64,000 nt of DNA from positions 4,622 to 68,621 of the forward strand of contig DGPN01000047.1 of NCBI GenBank assembly GCA_002390455.1, written 5' to 3'. A program made the translations under genes and the position numbers. Below the pieces are notes generated by a model. It saw only the letters and a program-made list of their open reading frames with translations, had not been told where the DNA came from and ran no database searches. This document shows positions 9,504-19,733 of the stretch, piece after piece. Source of the DNA: Flavobacteriaceae bacterium UBA4439 (GTDB lineage: Bacteria; Bacteroidota; Bacteroidia; Flavobacteriales; Flavobacteriaceae). How positions within the stretch are numbered: the first letter of the stretch is position 1; the number at the start of each line of letters is the position of its first letter.

Positions 9504-9875
9504 ATGTCAAAACCGAAGTCCACTGAGGATGCCCTTATATCAAACATCATTTCGGGCATTGATAATGTAAAAGGACTAGACGTAAGTCTTTTGGATCTCA
9601 GGGATATTGAGAACACTGTTTGTAGCTATTTTGTGGTGTGTACTGGAAGTTCGAATACCCACGTCAACGCCATTGTTAGCTCGATTCAAAAAACGGTAAG
9701 TAAAGATTTGAAAGAGAAGCCTTTTCACACCGAAGGAAATGACAACGCTGAATGGGTTTTGATAGATTATGTCAATGTAATCGTTCATGTATTTCAGAAA
9801 CAAATCAGAGAATACTACAATATTGAAGAACTTTGGGGAGATGCAAAAACCACAAAAATCGCATCGAATTATTAA
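9504..9875 (+). CDS. rsfS: Ribosome silencing factor RsfS
   Basis: 123 aa. LDLRDIENTVCSYFVVCTGSSNTHVNAI...EWVLIDYVNVIVHVF matches the RsfS/iojap family. Confidence 0.85.
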   Translation: MSKPKSTEDALISNIISGIDNVKGLDVSLLDLRDIENTVCSYFVVCTGSSNTHVNAIVSSIQKTVSKDLKEKPFHTEGNDNAEWVLIDYVNVIVHVFQKQIREYYNIEELWGDAKTTKIASNY

Positions 9876-9881
9876 TTGACT

Positions 9882-11855
9882 ATGAAAGAAGGAAACAACA
9901 AAAACAATAACAATAATAAGTTAAAGTTCAGCCCCTATTGGGTTTATGCCGTTATCATTACCATACTGCTGGGTATGAGTATGTTTGGGGGAGATGGCAG
10001 CTGGCAATCGATCAGCAAAACGAATATTTCGGATTTTGAGCGATATCTCAACGAAGGCGATGTTGAACAAGTGATTGTGGTTAATCAAAAGTTGGCTAAA
10101 GTTACCCTCAACAGTTATGGTTTGGAGAAAAGCGTTCACAAGAGCATAAAATCCAAGAACATCTTAGGTCAGGAAAACACTGGTGGCCCACACTATGAAT
10201 TTGAAGTGGGGAACTTGGAACTTTTCCAACGAAAACTGGAGCAGGCTGAGGACAAAGGCATACAGTTCCGTTATGAGTTTATGACCGTTGAAAATCGTTG
10301 GATGGATGTCATCCTTGGTTTTCTTCCCATCATCATCATCATCGGAGTATGGATTTTCCTCATGCGAAGAATGTCTGGCGGAGGAGCTGGAGGGCCTGGA
10401 GGTCAGATTTTTAATATTGGAAAATCCAAAGCAAAACTATTCGATCAAAATACCGAGGTCAAAACTACTTTTAAGGATGTAGCCGGATTGGAGGGTGCCA
10501 AAGAAGAAATTCAGGAGATTGTCGATTTTCTCAAAAACCCTAAAAAATATACCGTATTGGGCGGTAAGATCCCCAAAGGAGCCCTTTTGGTTGGCTCTCC
10601 GGGAACGGGTAAAACACTATTGGCCAAGGCGGTGGCTGGTGAGGCCAAAGTGCCTTTTTTCTCCCTATCCGGATCGGATTTTGTCGAAATGTTTGTAGGA
10701 GTAGGTGCCTCAAGGGTTAGAGATTTATTCAAACAAGCCAAAGACAAATCTCCTGCTATCATTTTTATAGACGAAATTGATGCCATAGGACGTGCCAGAG
10801 GAAAAAACAATTTTACTGGCTCTAACGATGAGCGAGAAAATACATTGAACCAATTGCTTACAGAAATGGATGGTTTTGGTACCGATACCAATGTCATCGT
10901 ATTGGCGGCGACCAACCGATCGGATGTTTTGGATAAAGCACTAATGCGTGCTGGTCGATTTGACCGACAGATATATGTTGATCTGCCCGACTTAAATGAA
11001 AGAAGGGAGATTTTCAAAGTTCACCTCAAGCCGTTAAAAAGTGTAAAAAGTTTGGATGTAGAATTTTTGTCCAAACAGACACCTGGTTTCTCAGGTGCCG
11101 ACATTGCCAATGTTTGTAACGAAGCTGCACTGATTGCTGCGAGAAAAAACAGAAAGTCGGTAGGTAAGCAAGATTTTCTCGATGCTGTAGATCGTATTGT
11201 AGGAGGACTGGAAAAGAAAAATAAAATTGTCACACCAGAGGAAAAGAAAACCATCGCATTTCACGAAGCAGGACATGCCACGGTCAGTTGGTTGCTCGAA
11301 CACGCTGCCCCTTTGGTAAAAGTAACAATCGTACCCCGAGGTCAATCCCTTGGTGCGGCATGGTACTTACCCGAAGAGCGAATGATCGTCAGAACGGAGC
11401 AAATGTTGGATGAAATGTGTGCAGCACTGGGAGGAAGAGCCGCTGAAAAAATTATGTTTAATAAAATTTCTACTGGTGCACTCAGTGATCTGGAAAAAGT
11501 TACCCGTCAAGCTCGAGCCATGGTTTCTATCTATGGTCTGAACGACACTTTAGGTAATATTACCTATTACGACTCCACCGGTCAGATGGAAAACAGTTTT
11601 ACAAAGCCTTATTCCGAAAAAACAGCACAGGTGATTGACAAGGAAATCTCTGACATCATCGAGCGACAATACAAAAGGGCTTGTGATCTTTTGAAAAAGA
11701 ACAAAAACAAGCTCATGCAACTTGCCGAAAGGTTGTTGGAAAAAGAAGTGATTTTCAAAGATGATCTTTTCAATATCCTGGGAGAGCGACCCTATGATGT
11801 GAAACCCGACAAGAAAGAAGACGGTAAAGATGGAGTGAAGGTAGCAGTCAACTAA
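9882..11855 (+). CDS. ftsH: ATP-dependent zinc metalloprotease FtsH
   Basis: Two TM segments, Walker A GSPGTGKTLLAKAVAGEA, the second region of homology (SRH), and the zinc motif HEAGHA. Confidence 0.95.
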   Translation: MKEGNNKNNNNNKLKFSPYWVYAVIITILLGMSMFGGDGSWQSISKTNISDFERYLNEGDVEQVIVVNQKLAKVTLNSYGLEKSVHKSIKSKNILGQENTGGPHYEFEVGNLELFQRKLEQAEDKGIQFRYEFMTVENRWMDVILGFLPIIIIIGVWIFLMRRMSGGGAGGPGGQIFNIGKSKAKLFDQNTEVKTTFKDVAGLEGAKEEIQEIVDFLKNPKKYTVLGGKIPKGALLVGSPGTGKTLLAKAVAGEAKVPFFSLSGSDFVEMFVGVGASRVRDLFKQAKDKSPAIIFIDEIDAIGRARGKNNFTGSNDERENTLNQLLTEMDGFGTDTNVIVLAATNRSDVLDKALMRAGRFDRQIYVDLPDLNERREIFKVHLKPLKSVKSLDVEFLSKQTPGFSGADIANVCNEAALIAARKNRKSVGKQDFLDAVDRIVGGLEKKNKIVTPEEKKTIAFHEAGHATVSWLLEHAAPLVKVTIVPRGQSLGAAWYLPEERMIVRTEQMLDEMCAALGGRAAEKIMFNKISTGALSDLEKVTRQARAMVSIYGLNDTLGNITYYDSTGQMENSFTKPYSEKTAQVIDKEISDIIERQYKRACDLLKKNKNKLMQLAERLLEKEVIFKDDLFNILGERPYDVKPDKKEDGKDGVKVAVN

Positions 11856-11861
11856 TCTATT

Positions 11862-12455
11862 GTGGGGTTCTGGAATCAACTGTTCGGTAGAAAAAAAAAC
11901 AATCCAGACACAGGGGCCAACAGCCCCTACCTTCCTGAAAAGAAAAATGATGTCGAAATCATTTTTGCCGAAAAGTTTACCCAAAAAGGAGGAAAATTTA
12001 TCTACAGTGAGGATGTAAAATCCACCGATGATTTTTTTAAACTCATTCTAGAAGAAAATCATTGGTCCAGTCAAGACGTATTGTGTTTTGATCCCCAACT
12101 GATCCAGAGGTTCGGACTGGAACCCTCAGCCGATTCTATTGATCCCCAAAAGTTCAAAGCCCTGCTCATCAGCTGTGAGTATTTGATCGCCAACAAAGGA
12201 ACAGTGCTGATTTGTCATCACCAACTCAAAGATTTTAAACTCGATACCCTACCCGATTTTTTTATTGTTTTTTCGGGTCTGGACAACTTTGTAAACGATG
12301 TGAGCGAAGGAATGAGCCAGCTCAAAAACAAGTATGCCGATCATCTGCCCAATAACATCACCACACTGAATGTGAAAAACTCAAAAGACGAAAAAGATTT
12401 TTTATCGTATGGGAATAGTGCGAAAAACCTATATTTAGTTCTTCAAGAGCATTGA
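11862..12455 (+). CDS. LUD (LutC/YkgG-like) domain protein
   Basis: 197 aa with a GTG start 6 nt after the ftsH stop. ftsH-LUD-cdsA-psd is a common Bacteroidota arrangement (from memory); the similarity call is weak. Confidence 0.5.
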   Translation: MGFWNQLFGRKKNNPDTGANSPYLPEKKNDVEIIFAEKFTQKGGKFIYSEDVKSTDDFFKLILEENHWSSQDVLCFDPQLIQRFGLEPSADSIDPQKFKALLISCEYLIANKGTVLICHHQLKDFKLDTLPDFFIVFSGLDNFVNDVSEGMSQLKNKYADHLPNNITTLNVKNSKDEKDFLSYGNSAKNLYLVLQEH

Positions 12456-12459
12456 GTTA

Positions 12460-13263
12460 ATGAGAGAACTATTTGTCAGAGGAATTTCAGGACTGTTTTA
12501 TGTCGGTTTGATACTGGGGTCTGTTTACTATGATCGGTTGATCTTTACTTTGGTGATTCTGATCTTTTCAGGCTTGGCAATGGTTGAATTTCAGCGACTG
12601 GTCAATCACAAAAGTTATATGCCCATTGCGTTGGCCATCCTTCTTGCATACAATTTCTACCAATCAAAAATCAATACACCCGAATTATTCTACCCATTAC
12701 TGAGTGTTTTTATGGCTCATGTTTTTTTGATCTATTGGCTTTATAGTAACAAAAGTATATCATTGGGTTATCTTTCCAGAACCCTACTCAGCTTATTCTA
12801 TATTGGTTTGGGATGTTTTTTTATCATTGCTCTGGCTGGAAATGTCAACCAATATCAACCCCAAAACATTTTATTATTTTTTGTGCTGATTTGGATCAAC
12901 AACTCATGTGCCTATTTCATTGGAAAAAAGCTGGGGAAAAATCCTCTTTTCTTACGTGTGTCCCCCAAAAAAACTTGGGAAGGTTTTGTTGGAGGACTCA
13001 TTTTCACTTTGATCACAGCCTTAATTTTTCATCATTTTTATGCCAATCAATCCATACTATACTACCTCATCATTGCTTTGATCACCAGTGTTTTGGCGAC
13101 CTTGGGCGATCTGATTCAATCCCTTTTCAAACGATATGCAAAAGTTAAGGACAGCGGTTCATTGATTCCAGGACACGGAGGTTTTTTTGATCGCATGGAC
13201 AGTGCTATTTTTGTAGCCCCTTGGTTTTATTTATTACTCAATTACAAAGAATATGTTTCATAA
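12460..13263 (+). CDS. cdsA: Phosphatidate cytidylyltransferase
   Basis: Polytopic membrane protein with the signature SLFKRYAKVKDSGSLIPGHGGFFDRMDS. Confidence 0.9.
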   Translation: MRELFVRGISGLFYVGLILGSVYYDRLIFTLVILIFSGLAMVEFQRLVNHKSYMPIALAILLAYNFYQSKINTPELFYPLLSVFMAHVFLIYWLYSNKSISLGYLSRTLLSLFYIGLGCFFIIALAGNVNQYQPQNILLFFVLIWINNSCAYFIGKKLGKNPLFLRVSPKKTWEGFVGGLIFTLITALIFHHFYANQSILYYLIIALITSVLATLGDLIQSLFKRYAKVKDSGSLIPGHGGFFDRMDSAIFVAPWFYLLLNYKEYVS

Positions 13264-13903
13264 AGAAGGTTTTAAAATCATCATCAACACATTTTTACTA
13301 TGTGCAGTTCTTGCATTATTGGCTGAGTATCGCATTGAAAATTTATGGATCCAAAAAGCCGTTCAAGTTGTAAGTGTGGTCTTACTGATATTGGTACTTC
13401 AGTTTTTTAGAAATCCGAAAAGGAGAACCGTTCTCAACGAAAACCACATCATTTCGCCTGTGGATGGAAAAGTGGTGGTCATCGAAGAAGTTTTTGAGAA
13501 AGAGTTTTTTAAAGACAAGCGATTACAGGTGTCCATTTTTATGTCACCCCTCAACGTACATGTCACCCGCTATGCCATCAGTGGATCGGTTGTTTTTAGC
13601 AAATACCACCCTGGGAAATACTTAGTGGCATGGCATCCCAAATCGTCTGAGTTGAATGAAAGGACTACGGTGGTGTTAGAAAATAATACGGTCGGCAAAA
13701 TCTTATATCGCCAAATTGCTGGAGCAGTCGCTCGTAGGATCGTAAACTACGCCAAGGTGGGTGACAAAGTGGTTCAGGGAACAGATGCTGGCTTTATCAA
13801 ATTCGGTTCTCGTGTTGACTTATTTTTGCCCATAGGGACAAAGGTCAATGTTGAAATCGATCAGATCGTCAAAGGCGGAAAAGACTGTATCGCAGCCATC
13901 TGA
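13253..13903 (+). CDS. psd: Phosphatidylserine decarboxylase family protein
   Basis: 216 aa with an N-terminal TM helix, the FMSPLNVHV motif and C-terminal FGSRVD (the self-cleavage G-S site region). Confidence 0.8.
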   Translation: MFHKEGFKIIINTFLLCAVLALLAEYRIENLWIQKAVQVVSVVLLILVLQFFRNPKRRTVLNENHIISPVDGKVVVIEEVFEKEFFKDKRLQVSIFMSPLNVHVTRYAISGSVVFSKYHPGKYLVAWHPKSSELNERTTVVLENNTVGKILYRQIAGAVARRIVNYAKVGDKVVQGTDAGFIKFGSRVDLFLPIGTKVNVEIDQIVKGGKDCIAAI

Positions 13904-13921
13904 TTTGGAGTTTTAGCGGTT

Positions 13922-16261
13922 TTACAGACTGTGGTTTTTGAAAATGTCGGAGTAATTATCTTGTGTTATACTTTTACTACCTTTGTTAGCGTAAGCATTA
14001 TTTGTTATGGCTTGAGGATCACCCCAACTGTCTCCATCGCTGTCCATATACCATTTTTTGTTGGGATAATAGGATGCATTGTTGTCATCGCAGTCCAGAC
14101 TGTCGCTAACATAGCCTTGTTGGGGTTGATGGCTGTAAAAAACAAAGTTGTTGATGTCTCCAAACTGATCTCCGTCTTGATCCCTGTAAAAACGACGGGG
14201 AGCAATGTTGTCGATCTTATCAGTGGAATCGTCATAATCTTGGGAGTTCAGAACATAGCCAGTGGAGCTGATACATTGGGTTTGACTCAACCTACCCCCC
14301 CAGCCATCGCCATCGCTGTCAAGGTACCAGACCGTTTGAGGATGGATAAGCGTATCGCTGTCGTTACAGTCTAAGTTGTTGATCACATAGCCCTCTGGTT
14401 TTTCGCTATAGCGTAAATGATCGTTGGGGTCGCCATAGTCATCCCCGTCTTGATCCCGATAAAAGTCTTGGGGGGCAATGTTGGTGATCTTTTCCGTAGT
14501 GTCGTCATGATCTTCTTTGTTCAGAACGTAGTTCTCAGGCTGTTCGCATTGTTGGAGCGTTTGTTCTGAATCTCCCCAACTGTCCCCATCACTGTCAAGA
14601 TACCATAGGGTCTCGGGGTGGATTAAAGCATCGCTGTCATTGCAGTCTCCAAATGCAACAGCGTAGCTATCATTAGGTTTTTGACTAAAAAGTTTGGCTT
14701 GATCTTCAACTCCGTATTGGTCGCCATCGCTGTCTTTGTAATAGTATTCTGGAAGGGTATCGGTAATGTCAGAGTCCTGATCATCAAAGTCGTCTTGATT
14801 GAGAACATAGAGGTTACCAGAGTAGCAACCTGTGATGGTAATCGATACGGTGGATGGTGCAATATTTTTGTCAGGTGTTCCTCTTAGTAGATTGGTCTGC
14901 TCTAGTTTGGTCGGGTTATAGCCCTTACCGTCTTGGTCCTGATCGATGTACCAAAGGGTAAAATCATGAAGTAAAGCATCGGTATCATCACAATCGGTGG
15001 CTTGGGTAACATAGTTTCCTGTATCTGGTTTTACACTGTGATACAAATATTGGTCGGGATTCCCATGTCCGTCTCCGTCCTGATCCTCGTAAAAGTATTG
15101 AGGAGTAATGTTGGTGATTTTAACGTTACTGTCATTAATATCGCTGCGATTCAATACATAACCACTGGGTTGGGAACATTGTTTTCTAGATTGGCTTGGG
15201 TTTCCAAAGCCATCGCCATCGCTGTCGCGGTACCATACGGTATTGCTGTGAACCAAACGGTTACTGTCGTTACAGTCCTTGTTGTTGGTTACATAGCCCT
15301 TTGGTCGGAAACTGCAATAATTAGTGGATTTAGAATTACCCTCGCCATCGCCATCGGCGTCTCGGTAATACATCTGTGGATAGATGTTGGTGATACAAGG
15401 TTCATCGTCATCGTAGTCCGAACCATTGGAAACATAGCCCGTGGGTTGCTCACAGGTTTGTTTGATCTGATCTCCTCCCCAGCCATCGCCATCGCTGTCA
15501 AGGTACCAAACGGTTTTGGGATGAATGAATTTGTTGTCGTCGTTACAGTCATCGGCAGTGGCGTAATAGTTTTCAGGAGCAAGACAGGCCTTGGTATTAA
15601 TGGCAGAAGCTGCGTATCCATCTCCGTCGGAATCGTAATACCAGGTGTAAAGGCTGGTGGTATTAGCATCGTTATCACAGGCATCGTCCGTAGTCAGGAC
15701 GTATTGATTGGATGGAGGCGTACAACCTGTAAAAGCAGTACTCCCTCCAATTGTGTCTCCGTCATTGTCCAAATACCAAACCGTTCGGGAATGGATCTGT
15801 GGGTCGTTGTCATTGCAATCTGCTGCCCGTCTTTTGACGTATTTGGGATCGGGAGCACAATCAAAAGCCTTGGATCGGCTTGGGTCTCCGTCGCCGTCAC
15901 CGTCGTTGTCATAATACCATACAGAGCCAGGGTAGATGTCGGGATCTAAATCGTCGCAGTCATCGTCATTATCAACAAACTCCTCCACATATGAAACCTG
16001 ATAATCCGCAAGAACACTATTCATACAGCCATACATTAAGTGGGATCCGAAAACATAGCCAACATTGGAATTGTTATAATAGTTATGTATGAGGTCGTCT
16101 TTCATACTTTGGGTATATTTTTGATTTCCATATCCATCCCCATCATTATCAAAATAGTAAAACTCAGGGTTGTAACAACCACTATTGTTTTGCGCCATAA
16201 TTCCCAAAGAATTTAAAGCAAAACATAACAAAACCCATAAATAATTAAAACTGTGGGACAT
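13922..16261 (-). CDS. Secreted Asp-rich repeat protein with 15 [WFY]Y-x-D-x-D-G-D-x-x-G cores (resembles the MopE-type putative metal-binding motif / DxDxDG Ca-binding loops)
   Basis: 779 aa. It has a signal peptide (MSHSFNYLWVLLCFALNSLGIMAQ) and 15 cores such as WYLDSDGDGWGG and FYRDQDGDDYGD, separated by ...GYV.N..DC(N/D)D...IHP... linkers. No recognisable T9SS C-terminal domain. Confidence 0.75.
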   Translation of the reverse strand: MSHSFNYLWVLLCFALNSLGIMAQNNSGCYNPEFYYFDNDGDGYGNQKYTQSMKDDLIHNYYNNSNVGYVFGSHLMYGCMNSVLADYQVSYVEEFVDNDDDCDDLDPDIYPGSVWYYDNDGDGDGDPSRSKAFDCAPDPKYVKRRAADCNDNDPQIHSRTVWYLDNDGDTIGGSTAFTGCTPPSNQYVLTTDDACDNDANTTSLYTWYYDSDGDGYAASAINTKACLAPENYYATADDCNDDNKFIHPKTVWYLDSDGDGWGGDQIKQTCEQPTGYVSNGSDYDDDEPCITNIYPQMYYRDADGDGEGNSKSTNYCSFRPKGYVTNNKDCNDSNRLVHSNTVWYRDSDGDGFGNPSQSRKQCSQPSGYVLNRSDINDSNVKITNITPQYFYEDQDGDGHGNPDQYLYHSVKPDTGNYVTQATDCDDTDALLHDFTLWYIDQDQDGKGYNPTKLEQTNLLRGTPDKNIAPSTVSITITGCYSGNLYVLNQDDFDDQDSDITDTLPEYYYKDSDGDQYGVEDQAKLFSQKPNDSYAVAFGDCNDSDALIHPETLWYLDSDGDSWGDSEQTLQQCEQPENYVLNKEDHDDTTEKITNIAPQDFYRDQDGDDYGDPNDHLRYSEKPEGYVINNLDCNDSDTLIHPQTVWYLDSDGDGWGGRLSQTQCISSTGYVLNSQDYDDSTDKIDNIAPRRFYRDQDGDQFGDINNFVFYSHQPQQGYVSDSLDCDDNNASYYPNKKWYMDSDGDSWGDPQAITNNAYANKGSKSITQDNYSDIFKNHSL
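14018..16159 (-). repeat. In-frame degenerate tandem modules (~45 aa each, paired into ~90-aa di-repeats) inside the 779-aa gene
   Basis: Repeated coding strings for WYLDSDGD(G/S)WG, FYRDQDGD(D/Q)(Y/F)GD and DCNDSD.LIHP. The antisense strand lacks stop codons over long stretches as a by-product (GAT/GAC codons read as ATC/GTC). Confidence 0.8.
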
Positions 16262-16522
16262 CGATTTAGTTTTTGATACGCTCCCACTATTTTATTGCGT
16301 AGGCTTATATTGTGCAAATTTTATTTTGAGGTGACTAAAAAATTATTGACTAAGGATAGAAAAGTGTTAATCATTGTAAATCAATATTTTAAAGAAAAAA
16401 GCGAAGTGCCGAACATCGGTTAAAAAGTGAGGAGAGTCTCCTGAAAAATTACTTATTAATAGTAAGAAAAATCCTTCAAATCAAACTGTCTGGAAAAAAC
16501 AGAACGTATCGCAGTCATTGGA

Positions 16523-19144
16523 TTAAAACTGACTAAGGCTTTTCTTTAATAAGACAATTCTCTCCTGAGCATCCGATGCTTTTTTACGTTCTAGTTCAAT
16601 TACCTTTTCAGGGGCATTAGACACAAAACGTTCATTGGATAGTTTTTTCTCTACCGATTTGAGAAATCCTTCTGCATATTGTAATTCCTGCGTCAGTTTC
16701 TTACGCTCCTCCTCAGGGTCAACGGCTTCGTTTATGGGTATAAAAAATTCTGATTTTCCGACCCTAAAAGAGCCTAGGGCTTGGCTTTCGTCCTGGATTT
16801 TGGCTTCAATAGATTCCAGCTGGGCCAGTTTAAGAATAACCTCTGGATAAGGGATTTGAGCCTCGGAAATCAAAATCAACTGTTCTTTGAATCCGATATT
16901 TTTTTCTTTTCTAAAGTTTCTTATGCCTGCAATGATTTGTTTGACCCTTTCAAAATCATCTATGTATTGTTGATCTACTTTCTCTAAGATCGGCCATTGG
17001 GAAACCACCAGTGCGTCAGAGGTGTCTCGCTTACCGATGTGGTGCCAGAGCTCTTCGGTGATAAAGGGCATAAAAGGGTGAAGCAGCCTGAGGTTGTCCT
17101 CAAATAAATTTTTTACTTCCTCAAGAGTACCACTGTCTATGGGATCTCCATAGCTGGGCTTGACCATTTCCAAAAACCACGAACAATAATCATCCCAAAT
17201 CAATTTATACAAACTCATCAAAGCATCGGAAATTCTGTACTTGCTGTAGTGATCATCGATCAGACTAAGGGTTTGATGAAATAGGTTTTTGTACCAATGA
17301 ATGGCTGCCTTGTTAACGGCAGGTATTTCTAGGGTTGGATTTACCTCCCATCCCTCTACCAAACGGTAGGCGTTCCAGATTTTATTGGCAAAATTTTTGC
17401 CTTGTTGGCAAAGGCTTTCATCAAAAAGCAAATCATTTCCAGCGGCAGAACTCAACATCAGCCCAACCCTAACAGCATCAGCTCCATATTCTTCTATCAA
17501 AGCCAGTGCATCGGGAGAATTGCCCAATTGTTTAGACATTTTTCTGCCCTGTTTGTCCCGCACCAATCCTGTCAAATAAACGTTGGAAAAAGGCTTTTCG
17601 TTTCGCAGTTCGTATCCAGACATGATCATCCGTGCCACCCAAAAAAATAAAATATCGGGGCCAGTAACCAAATCTTGGGTGGGATAATAATAGCTAATTT
17701 CGGGATTGTCGGGTTCCAGTACTCCATTAAATACCGATATGGGCCACAACCACGAGGAAAACCATGTGTCCAAAACATCTTCGTCTTGACGTAAATCAGA
17801 GGCTTGAAGTTGGTCATTTCCAGCCTTGGCCTTGGCCAGCTCAAGGGCGGTGGCTTTATCTTTGGCCACTACAAATTGGGAATTGTCCTTTCCGTAGTAG
17901 AAGGCAGGGATTTGCTGTCCCCACCACAACTGTCTGGAAATATTCCAATCGCGGATGTTTTCCATCCAATGACGGTAGGTGTTTTTGAACTTTTCGGGGA
18001 CCAATTTCACTTCTTTGCTTTCCAAAACTGCGTCAATTGCAGGCTGGGAAAGGCCTTCCATTTTGAGGAACCACTGATCCGAAAGTCGAGGTTCGATCAC
18101 CGCTTTGGTGCGTTCTGATGTCCCCACTTTGTGGCGGTGGTTTTCTTTTTTGATCAATTGACCGCTGGCCTCTAAGGCCTTGGCTATTTTTTTTCGGGCT
18201 ACAAAACGATCCATGCCTTCAAATTCCAAACCGTGATGGTTTAGGCTTGCATCAGCATTAAAAATATCTATTACCTCCAATTGGTGTTTTTCGCCCAGGG
18301 CTTTGTCATTGATATCATGGGCTGGAGTCACTTTAAGACAACCCGTACCAAATTCTATGTCCACGTATTCGTCTTGGATGATTGGGATTTTGCGATTGGC
18401 AATGGGAACGATTAATTGCTTTCCTTTGAGGTGAGCATAACGTTCATCCTCGGGATGGACACAAACAGCGGTGTCGCCCAAAAGGGTTTCGGGGCGAGTC
18501 GTTGCAATGATCACTTTTTCTTCACTGTCCACCACAGCATAGGCGATATGATAGAGTTGGCCATCACGCTCTTCGTAGATCACCTCCTCATCGGAAAGGG
18601 TGGTTTTGGCTTCGGGATCCCAATTGACCATTCGGTAACCCCTGTAAATTAACCCTTTGTTGTAGAGCTTTATAAAAGTATCAATTACCGAAGCCGACAT
18701 GTTCTCGTCTAAGGTAAATTTGGTTCGGCTCCAATCACAAGAACAACCCAGTTTTTTGAGCTGTTCAAGGATGACCCCTCCATACTCGTGAGTCCAATCC
18801 CAAGCGTGCTTTAAAAAATCTTCGCGACTGAGTGAGGATTTTTCAATGCCTTGTTCTTTGAGTCTGGCCACTACTTTGGCCTCTGTGGCGATGGAGGCAT
18901 GATCGGTCCCCGGAACCCAACAAGCATTATAGCCCTTCATTCTGGCACGACGAATGATGATGTCTTGAAGTGTATTGTTCAACATATGCCCCATATGCAA
19001 AACCCCAGTAACATTGGGGGGAGGAATCACTATGGTGTAAGGGTCTCTATCGTCTGGAGTAGAAGAAAAAAAATCTTTTTCCATCCAATAGGAATACCAT
19101 TTATCTTCAACGTCTTGGGATATAAACTTAGATGGAATCTCCAT
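16523..19144 (-). CDS. valS: Valine--tRNA ligase
   Basis: 873 aa with [13 protein letters not shown] (HIGH motif), KMSKQLGN (KMSKS motif) and a C-terminal coiled coil. Confidence 0.95.
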   Translation of the reverse strand: MEIPSKFISQDVEDKWYSYWMEKDFFSSTPDDRDPYTIVIPPPNVTGVLHMGHMLNNTLQDIIIRRARMKGYNACWVPGTDHASIATEAKVVARLKEQGIEKSSLSREDFLKHAWDWTHEYGGVILEQLKKLGCSCDWSRTKFTLDENMSASVIDTFIKLYNKGLIYRGYRMVNWDPEAKTTLSDEEVIYEERDGQLYHIAYAVVDSEEKVIIATTRPETLLGDTAVCVHPEDERYAHLKGKQLIVPIANRKIPIIQDEYVDIEFGTGCLKVTPAHDINDKALGEKHQLEVIDIFNADASLNHHGLEFEGMDRFVARKKIAKALEASGQLIKKENHRHKVGTSERTKAVIEPRLSDQWFLKMEGLSQPAIDAVLESKEVKLVPEKFKNTYRHWMENIRDWNISRQLWWGQQIPAFYYGKDNSQFVVAKDKATALELAKAKAGNDQLQASDLRQDEDVLDTWFSSWLWPISVFNGVLEPDNPEISYYYPTQDLVTGPDILFFWVARMIMSGYELRNEKPFSNVYLTGLVRDKQGRKMSKQLGNSPDALALIEEYGADAVRVGLMLSSAAGNDLLFDESLCQQGKNFANKIWNAYRLVEGWEVNPTLEIPAVNKAAIHWYKNLFHQTLSLIDDHYSKYRISDALMSLYKLIWDDYCSWFLEMVKPSYGDPIDSGTLEEVKNLFEDNLRLLHPFMPFITEELWHHIGKRDTSDALVVSQWPILEKVDQQYIDDFERVKQIIAGIRNFRKEKNIGFKEQLILISEAQIPYPEVILKLAQLESIEAKIQDESQALGSFRVGKSEFFIPINEAVDPEEERKKLTQELQYAEGFLKSVEKKLSNERFVSNAPEKVIELERKKASDAQERIVLLKKSLSQF

Positions 19145-19263
19145 GAAATGTAGTAAGCCTTTTAAATGCTTGACAAAAGTAACAACCCTTTAGGGATTAT
19201 AAAACCCTGTCATTTTTGGTTTTCTTATTAAAGTTGTAAATTTATAGAATAGAATTTATAAGA

Positions 19264-19644
19264 ATGAAAAAAGCAATCCTTTTTATTTTATTGATTTTTG
19301 CTCCGCTTGCATTAAGTGCTCAAGCTTCTGGCCCTATGATAAACTTTGACATGGATACCATTGATTATGGTGAAATTGTTAAAGGAAGCGATGGGGGCCG
19401 GACTTTTACCTTTGAAAACACAGGAGATGCACCGTTGGAGATTCAAGGAGTCCGATCCAGTTGCGGCTGTACCATCCCCAAAAAACCAGAAGCACCCATT
19501 GCTCCCGGAGAAAAAGGGGAAATTACGGTAAGGTATGACACCAATCGAGTTGGGGTATTCAGAAAAACAATCACCGTGAATACCAATGTTGCTTCTGCCA
19601 GTATCATCGCCCTAAAAATTAAGGGCAACGTATTGGCCGATTGA
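19264..19644 (+). CDS. DUF1573 domain protein (secreted)
   Basis: 126 aa with a signal peptide. DYGEIVKGSDGGRTFTFENTGDAPLEIQGVRSSCGCT...PIAPGEKGEITVRYD is the characteristic DUF1573 pattern. Confidence 0.8.
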   Translation: MKKAILFILLIFAPLALSAQASGPMINFDMDTIDYGEIVKGSDGGRTFTFENTGDAPLEIQGVRSSCGCTIPKKPEAPIAPGEKGEITVRYDTNRVGVFRKTITVNTNVASASIIALKIKGNVLAD

Positions 19645-19733
19645 TTTGTTTCCATCCACCTATCAATTAATTTTTGACCTTCAGTTGAGAAACAGGGCTT
19701 TTTTTTTGAATATTTGCATTCATAAATTATAAG

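Noticed and set aside
10511-11345. Minus-strand ORFs of 168, 77 and 84 aa inside ftsH.
   Set aside because: They are antisense to a gene carrying Walker A and HEAGH motifs; their composition is typical of shadow ORFs.
15002-15949. 315-aa + strand ORF, plus several 68-147-aa ORFs on both strands within 13931..16092.
   Set aside because: They lie antisense to, or out of frame with, the 779-aa repeat gene. Asp/Gly codons (GAT/GAC/GGN) read in reverse give Ile/Val/Pro-rich, stop-free frames. The products are low-complexity and have no signal of their own.
16262-16522. 261-nt intergenic region between the repeat-protein start and the valS end. I checked it for small RNAs, terminators and a promoter.
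   Set aside because: It contains only short, weak hairpins (for example GCCGA-ACA-TCGGT) and a near-miss -7 box (TAAAATTTG, spacing off by one). Nothing is convincing.
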